A stretch of 64,000 nt of DNA, taken from positions 262,761 through 326,760 of the forward strand of contig JAWLBL010000002.1 of NCBI GenBank assembly GCA_041687695.1, written 5' to 3'. Origin of the DNA: Myxococcota bacterium. Its GTDB lineage: Bacteria > Myxococcota_A > UBA9042 > PHBI01 > JAWLBL01. A program made the translations under genes and the position numbers. Shown here one piece after another: positions 58,231 through 64,000 of the stretch. Under the pieces are notes generated by a model, which saw only the letters and a list, made by a program, of their open reading frames with translations, ran no database searches and was not told where the DNA came from. The first letter of the stretch is position 1, and each line of letters begins with the position of its first letter.

Positions 58231-59345
58231 CAGGCGACCGCGCAGGCGTCGAGCGCCTCGAGGAAGCGCTGGTTCTGCTCGGGCGTGCCGACCGTGACGC
58301 GCAGCGTCGTCGGCAGGCCGTAGCTGGCCATCGGCCGCACGATGACGCCCTGGCGCATGAGCGCCTGGTACAGCGGGCCGGTGTCGCGCCCGAAGTCGGC
58401 CAGCAGGAAGTTGGCCTGGCTGGGGACGACCGTCACCCCGCGCCGCTCCAGCTCGCGCGTCACCAGGGCCATGCCCTCGCGGTTGAGGCGGACCACCTCG
58501 GCCAGGTACTCGCGGTCCTCGAGGGCGGCGACGCCGGCGACGAGCGCCAGGTTGCTGACGTTGAAGGGCTGGCGGACGCGGTTGACGTAGTCGACGATGT
58601 CGGCGGACGCGAAGCCGTAGCCCAGGCGGACGCCGGCGAGGCCGTAGGCCTTGGAGAAGGTGCGGAGGACCACCGTGCGCGGGCGCGTGCGCACCCAGGT
58701 CACCCCCTCGGGGTAGTCGGGGGCGTCGACGTACTCGTAGTAGGCCTCGTCGAGCACGAGGATCGGCGGGTCGTCGCCGCAGCGCGCGTCCATGCCGGCG
58801 ACGAAGCGCTCGAGGGCGTCCGCCGTCACATAGGTGCCGGTGGGGTTGTTGGGGTTGGCGATGAAGACGAGGCGCGTGTTGGAGTCGATGCGCTCGAGCA
58901 TCGCGTCGAGATCGTAGCCGCGGTCGGGACCGAGGGGCGCCTCGCGCAGCTCGCGGCCGCAGGCCTGCATGATGAGCTTGTAGACGATGAAGGTCGACGC
59001 GCTGGTGACCGCGTTGAGGCCCGGCGGGCTCATGAAGGTGCGGATGAGCAGCTCGATGAGCTCGTTGGAGCCGTTGCCGAGCAAAATCTCGGAGCGGCTG
59101 AAGCCGAAGCGCTCGCCCAGGGCCCCCTTCAGGTAGTAGCCGCCGCCGTCGGGGTACAGGTTGAGCCCGTCCATGGCCCGCTTCATCGCCTCGACCGCGC
59201 GCGGCGAGGGCCCGAGCGGGTTCTCGTTCGACGCGAGCTTGATGCAATCGGCGACGCCCAGCTCCCGCTGCACCTCTTCGATGGGCTTGCCGGGCGGGTA
59301 GGGCGCGAGGCTCGCGATGTGGTCGGCGACGAGCGGACGGGTCAT
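58230..59345 (-). CDS. hisC: Histidinol-phosphate aminotransferase
   Basis: KLASNENP, ANPNNPTG, DEAY and RTFSKAYGLAGVRLG. Confidence 0.95.
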   Translation of the reverse strand: MTRPLVADHIASLAPYPPGKPIEEVQRELGVADCIKLASNENPLGPSPRAVEAMKRAMDGLNLYPDGGGYYLKGALGERFGFSRSEILLGNGSNELIELLIRTFMSPPGLNAVTSASTFIVYKLIMQACGRELREAPLGPDRGYDLDAMLERIDSNTRLVFIANPNNPTGTYVTADALERFVAGMDARCGDDPPILVLDEAYYEYVDAPDYPEGVTWVRTRPRTVVLRTFSKAYGLAGVRLGYGFASADIVDYVNRVRQPFNVSNLALVAGVAALEDREYLAEVVRLNREGMALVTRELERRGVTVVPSQANFLLADFGRDTGPLYQALMRQGVIVRPMASYGLPTTLRVTVGTPEQNQRFLEALDACAVA

Positions 59346-59407
59346 GACGGGGTCTCCGAGGCGGACGCAACTGCGCGGCGGGCGTCGCGACGGGCGCCGC
59401 GGGCCGT

Positions 59408-59436
59408 TACCTACAAGGCATCGCCGCGGCGCGCAA
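59408..59436 (-). promoter_or_regulatory. Putative sigma70-type promoter of hisC-aroA
   Basis: TTGCGC-17 bp-TAGGTA on the minus strand. Confidence 0.5.
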
Positions 59437-59451
59437 GGTCCCGCCGGCGGC

Positions 59452-60618
59452 TCAGGAGCAGGTGCCGCAGCCGAAGCTCACGACCTCGTCGCCGCACAGG
59501 CCGTCCCAGGCCGTGCAGCAGTAGTCGTCGCCCGCGCACACGCAGGCGCGAATCGCGCTGTCGCTGCACGTCACCTCGCCGCAGCAGTCGCCGCCGGGCG
59601 GACCGCCGCATGGGCCGCAGTCGAAGCTGCACGTCTCGCAGTCCTCGTCCCAGGCGCAGGTCCCGTCGCCGCAGCCCCCGCCGCAGGGGCCGCAGTCGGT
59701 CGGACAGGTCTCGCAGTCCTCGGTCCAGTCGCAGGTCCCGTCGCCGCAGCCGGGGCACGTGCCGCAGTCGGCCGGGCAGCTGCCGCAGGTCTCGCCGCCG
59801 GTGCACTGGAAGTCGCCGCAGGTGGGGCCGCACGGGCCGCAGTCGTTCGCGCAGGACGAGCAGGTCTCGCCGCCGTTGCACTGCCCGTCGCCGCAGGTGG
59901 GGCCGCAGGCGCCGCAGTCGCTCGGGCACGACGCGCACGTCTCGCCGCCGACGCACTCTCCGTCGCCGCACACCGGGCTGCACGCCCCGCAGTCGTTCGG
60001 GCACGACGCGCACGTCTCGCCGCCGACGCACTCTCCGTCGCCGCACACCGGGCTGCACGCCCCGCAGTCGTTCGGGCAGCTCTGGCACGTCTCGCCGAAG
60101 GCGCACTCTCCGTCGCCGCACCCGGGCGGGCACGCGCCGCAGTCGGCCGGGCAGCTCGCGCAGCTCTCGGCGCCGGCGCACTCGCCGTCGCCGCACGCGT
60201 CGGCCCCGCAGCCCGCGATGGGCGTCCCGGCGCACAGCCCCGCGACGCACTGGTCGTCCTGCGTGCACGGCTGCCCGTCGTCGCAGGCGGCGCCCGTGTC
60301 CGACGGGGTGACGACGCACTCGCCCGCGACCGGGTCGCACGCCACCGAGCGACAGGCGCCGACGAACGCGACGCAGTCGTCGTCCTGCTCGCACGCGACG
60401 GGTGTGATCGCCTGATCGCCCGCCTGAGTCGCGTCCGTGCCCTGCTTGACGTCGCCGGTCTCGACGTCCTGCAGCCAGTACCCGCCGCCGCCCCCGCTGC
60501 CGGGGGAGCCGCAGGCCGCCATCGCCAGGGCGAGGGCGCCAGCGAAGGCGAGGGTGCCAGCAAGGGTGCGCGCCTGGACGCGCGAGCGCGCAAAGACCGC
60601 GCGACGCCGGACCTTCAT
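59452..60618 (-). CDS. Cys-rich lipoprotein with eight ~25-aa CGDGxC...ExCxxCPxDC repeats
   Basis: AAGGAG RBS; lipobox MAAC; C-terminal VCxxDxYCCxxWDxxC module. Confidence 0.85.
   Translation of the reverse strand: MKVRRRAVFARSRVQARTLAGTLAFAGALALAMAACGSPGSGGGGGYWLQDVETGDVKQGTDATQAGDQAITPVACEQDDDCVAFVGACRSVACDPVAGECVVTPSDTGAACDDGQPCTQDDQCVAGLCAGTPIAGCGADACGDGECAGAESCASCPADCGACPPGCGDGECAFGETCQSCPNDCGACSPVCGDGECVGGETCASCPNDCGACSPVCGDGECVGGETCASCPSDCGACGPTCGDGQCNGGETCSSCANDCGPCGPTCGDFQCTGGETCGSCPADCGTCPGCGDGTCDWTEDCETCPTDCGPCGGGCGDGTCAWDEDCETCSFDCGPCGGPPGGDCCGEVTCSDSAIRACVCAGDDYCCTAWDGLCGDEVVSFGCGTCS
59922..60078. repeat. Perfect 75-bp tandem duplication in coding sequence
   Basis: 59922-59996 is identical to 59997-60071, and the match continues to 60078. 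Confidence 0.9.
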
Positions 60619-60862
60619 GGGCTTGTCTCCTTGGGCGAAACACCCTGCGTGTGGGCCGGCCGGGGCGGTTGCCCTCGGGCCGAAGGCGCGAGATGCTGCA
60701 GGCGCGATCCGCCCGAGTCAACCCTCGATGCGGATTTCGCTTGATTCGAACGGGCGCGCCGCGTAAAGGGCGCCCCTTCGATTCCATCCACCCGATGCCA
60801 TAGCCGCGCGCCGCGCGCCGTCGTCGACGGCCACCGAGGGCGCACGGGCGAGGTCGTTCTCC

Positions 60863-63800
60863 ATGTCCCTGGTCTTCAAGGCAGATAGGTTCCCATTCGC
60901 CGGCGGCGCCACCGCGCTCGCCCTGACCCTCGCCCTGACCGCCGGCGCCTGCGGCGACGACGCGCAGACCGTCGACGGCGAGGTCTTCCCCGACGCGCAG
61001 TTCGTCGACACCGTCGCCGACACCGCCGGGCCCGACGCGCCGGGCCCCGACGCCGACGACGACGCCAAGACGGCCGACGTCGCCGAGCCGCCCGACGCGA
61101 CGCCCGACACCGGCGGCCCCGACGCCGTGGGGCCGCTCTGCAAGACCAACACCGACTGCCAGGACGCCTTCGACGCGATCCCCACCTGCCAGATCGCCAG
61201 CTGCAACGTCGGCACCGGCACGTGCCAGTTGGTCGCCGCCGAGGCGGGGACCTCCTGCGACGACGGCGACCCCTGCACGACCGGCGACGTCTGCGCCGCG
61301 GGCAGCTGCGCGGGCGAGGCCAAGGTGTGCGACGACGACAACCCCTGCACGGACGACGCCTGCGAGGCGGGCGCCGGCAAGTGCGTGTTCACGCCCAACA
61401 CCCAGCCGTGCAACGACGGCAGCCCGTGCACGACGGGCGACGTCTGCGCCGACGGCGTCTGCACCGGCGCGCCGAACCCCGCCTGCCAGTGCGAGGAGAA
61501 CGCCGACTGCGCCCAGTTCGAGGACGCCGACCTGTGCAACGGCACGCTGATCTGCGTGGCCAACGAGTGCGTCGTCGACCCGGCGACCGTCGTGACGTGC
61601 GACGCGGAGCTGGCCGGCGAGTGCCAGGTCGTCGCCTGCGACCCCGAGACCGGCACCTGTGAGGCGGGGCCGGCGGCCGAGGGGTCGGCCTGCAGCGACA
61701 ACAGCGCCTGCACCAAGCAGGACAAGTGCGTGGCGGGCGTCTGCAAGGGCCAGACGGTCGTGTGCGACGACGACAACGCCTGCACCGACGACACCTGCGC
61801 GCCGGCGACCGGGTGCGTGTTCACGCCGAACACGGCGCCGTGCGACGACGGGGACCCGTGCACCAAGGACGACACCTGCGCGGGCGGCGCCTGCATGGGC
61901 GAGGTGAACGAAGCCTGCGAGTGCCTGGTCGACGCGGACTGCGCGGCCAACGAGGACGGCGACCTGTGCAACGGCACGCTGGTCTGCCAGGACGGGCAGT
62001 GCGTGGTCGACGCCGCGACCGTGGTGACCTGCACGGGCTCCGCGGGCGCGTGCAACGAGCTGCGCTGCGAGAAGACGACCGGGCAGTGCGTGACCAAGCC
62101 GGTGCTCGACGGGGCCAGCTGCGACGACGGCAGCGCCTGCACGAAGAACGACCACTGCGAGAGCGGGGCGTGCGTCGGGGCGGCGGTGGCGTGCTCGGAC
62201 GAGGACCCCTGCACCGATGACGACTGCGACCCGGCCAGCGGGTGCGTGTACGCCCCGGCGACGGGCGCGCCGTGCGACGACGGCAACGCCTGCACCAGCG
62301 GCGACCAGTGCGTCGCGGGCGTCTGCCAGGGCGAGCTCGAGGTGGGCTGCGGCTGCGAGACGACCGAGGACTGCGCGCCGCTCGAGGACGGCGACGCGTG
62401 CAACGGGACGCTGGCGTGCGTGGACGGCGAGTGCGTCGTGGCGCCGGGGTCGGTCGTGACCTGCTCGCAGACGGGGCTGGGCCCGTGCTTGGTCAACACC
62501 TGCGACCCGGACACGGGCGCGTGCAACAAGATCCCGCGTCCGAACGGCGAGAGCTGCGACGACGGCAGCGTCTGCACCACCGACGACGTGTGCGCGGCCG
62601 GCGTGTGCAAGGGCAAGGACAAGAGCTGCGACGACGGCAACCTGTGCACGACCGACAGCTGCGACGCCGCGGTCGGGTGCAAGCACGCGTTCAACTCCGT
62701 GGCCTGTGACGACGGCAACGACTGCACGTCGGGCGACGTGTGCAAGCAGGGCACCTGCGGCGGCACGCCCATCCCCGAGTGCGTCTGCGCGACGACCGCG
62801 GACTGCGCGCAGTTCGAGGACGGCAACGCGTGCAACGGCACGCTGGTCTGCAGCGCCGGCAAGTGCGTGGTCGACCCGGCGACGGTCGTGACCTGCGCGC
62901 CGGCGGCGGACGCCTGCAGCGCCAACACCTGCGACCCGGCGACGGGGCAGTGCGGGCTGGTCCCGGCGACCGACGGCAAGCCCTGCGACGACGGGGACGC
63001 CTGCACGACCGGCGACGCGTGCAGCGCGGGCGCCTGCACGTCGACGGGGACGCTGGCCTGCGACGACGGCAACCCCTGCACGACCGACAGCTGCAAGGCC
63101 GACTTCGGCTGCGTGACCGCGCCGAACGACGCGGCCTGCGACGACGGCGACCCGTGCACGGGCGGCGACACCTGCGCCGAGGGCGTCTGCCAGCCGGGCA
63201 ACGAGAGCCTGTGCGCCAGCGGCTGCCAGGCCCAGTGGACGCTGACCTGCGGCAGCAGCGACAGCTGGAACACCGGCTACTTCGACGCCACCGACGAGCT
63301 GACCAGCTACGGCTGCAACTCCTTCGAGTACCCGGGCGGCGAGTACACCTACCTGTTCAACGCGCCCTACGACGGCACCTTCAAGGTCACCCTCAGCAAC
63401 GAGGAGACCTTCACCGACGTCATGATCCTCGCCGGCGGCGACGAGGGCTGCCAGCCCGACGCGTGCGTCAACTACGGCTTCTCGTCGGCCACCGAGGCGA
63501 TGGAGCAGGGCGAGGTGTTCTACCTGGTGGTCGACGGCTACCTGGACGAAGACGGCGGCTACACCATCAAGGTCGACTGCACGCCGGCCACCGAGTCGGT
63601 CTGCGACGACGGCAAGGACGACGACGCCGACGGGCTGACCGACTGCGCCGACTCCGACTGCGCCGAGGCCGCGGCCTGCCAGGAGCCGCAGTGCGAGCCC
63701 GCCTGGGTGCTGTCCTGCGGCAGCACCGACAGCTGGAGCAACTACGGCTTCGGCTCGACCGACGTGCTGGAGACCTACTCGTGCAGCGGGTGGCCGTACC

Positions 63801-64000
63801 CGGGCCCCGAGTACACCTACAGCTTCGTCTCCAGCGTCACCGGCGACGTGACGATCTCCCTGACGGGCGAGTCGGCGTCGACCGACGTGATGGTCCTGCA
63901 GGGCGGCTCCGGCTGCTTCGCGTCGGCCTGTCTGGCCTACGGGTTCTCGTCGGTGACCTTCTCGGCCGTCGAGGGCGAGACGTACTTCGTCGTGGTCGAC
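60863..64000 (+). CDS. Large Cys-rich lipoprotein (CDDGNxCTxDxC repeats then PPC-like beta domains), running off the window
   Basis: Not in the ORF track because it has no stop. ATG 60863 gives MSLVFKADRFPFAGGATALALTLALTAGAC; the frame appears open to the end; repeated YPGxEYTY...YxVVD modules. Confidence 0.88.
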   Translation, partial: MSLVFKADRFPFAGGATALALTLALTAGACGDDAQTVDGEVFPDAQFVDTVADTAGPDAPGPDADDDAKTADVAEPPDATPDTGGPDAVGPLCKTNTDCQDAFDAIPTCQIASCNVGTGTCQLVAAEAGTSCDDGDPCTTGDVCAAGSCAGEAKVCDDDNPCTDDACEAGAGKCVFTPNTQPCNDGSPCTTGDVCADGVCTGAPNPACQCEENADCAQFEDADLCNGTLICVANECVVDPATVVTCDAELAGECQVVACDPETGTCEAGPAAEGSACSDNSACTKQDKCVAGVCKGQTVVCDDDNACTDDTCAPATGCVFTPNTAPCDDGDPCTKDDTCAGGACMGEVNEACECLVDADCAANEDGDLCNGTLVCQDGQCVVDAATVVTCTGSAGACNELRCEKTTGQCVTKPVLDGASCDDGSACTKNDHCESGACVGAAVACSDEDPCTDDDCDPASGCVYAPATGAPCDDGNACTSGDQCVAGVCQGELEVGCGCETTEDCAPLEDGDACNGTLACVDGECVVAPGSVVTCSQTGLGPCLVNTCDPDTGACNKIPRPNGESCDDGSVCTTDDVCAAGVCKGKDKSCDDGNLCTTDSCDAAVGCKHAFNSVACDDGNDCTSGDVCKQGTCGGTPIPECVCATTADCAQFEDGNACNGTLVCSAGKCVVDPATVVTCAPAADACSANTCDPATGQCGLVPATDGKPCDDGDACTTGDACSAGACTSTGTLACDDGNPCTTDSCKADFGCVTAPNDAACDDGDPCTGGDTCAEGVCQPGNESLCASGCQAQWTLTCGSSDSWNTGYFDATDELTSYGCNSFEYPGGEYTYLFNAPYDGTFKVTLSNEETFTDVMILAGGDEGCQPDACVNYGFSSATEAMEQGEVFYLVVDGYLDEDGGYTIKVDCTPATESVCDDGKDDDADGLTDCADSDCAEAAACQEPQCEPAWVLSCGSTDSWSNYGFGSTDVLETYSCSGWPYPGPEYTYSFVSSVTGDVTISLTGESASTDVMVLQGGSGCFASACLAYGFSSVTFSAVEGETYFVVVD

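Noticed and set aside
59452..60618. CxxC-rich proteins as multiheme cytochromes
   Set aside because: The CxxC motifs are not followed by His; the pattern fits disulfide-rich repeats.
60684..60700. Possible sigma54 promoter AGGCGCG...CTGCA
   Set aside because: GG-GC spacing is one base too long, which sigma54 does not tolerate.

Overview
Very GC-rich, gene-dense chromosomal window. MYXO-CTERM tails, Cys-rich and thrombospondin-3 repeats and many lipoproteins point to a myxobacterium (Myxococcota). I count about 39 genes. Housekeeping and metabolic genes include lipB, a cysteine desulfurase, fumC, LOG, HPF, a SMUG1-type UDG, ampG, an M20 hydrolase, a MaoC-FabG4-thiolase trio and hisC-aroA. They are interleaved with large secreted Cys/Asp-rich repeat proteins. 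I found no rRNA, tRNA, CRISPR array or mobile element. Best candidates for unusual biology: (1) a 3339-aa polyprotein in which a huge adhesin ends in an internal MYXO-CTERM, followed by a second signal peptide and a TraB-like barrel-TSP3-OmpA module; (2) a 5'-nucleotidase + OB-fold lipoprotein + outer-membrane barrel operon; (3) an orphan PhnD-type binding lipoprotein coupled to a diguanylate cyclase, behind an 11-bp-periodic repeat array and probably starting at CTG; (4) a mosaic scar holding HmuY and fatty acyl-AMP ligase fragments beside an HmuT lacking its heme Tyr; (5) a 1465-aa HEAT solenoid built of six super-repeats; (6) a sigma54-driven Pro-rich microprotein. All assignments come from reading motifs by eye. 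No database search was run, so novelty is unverified.
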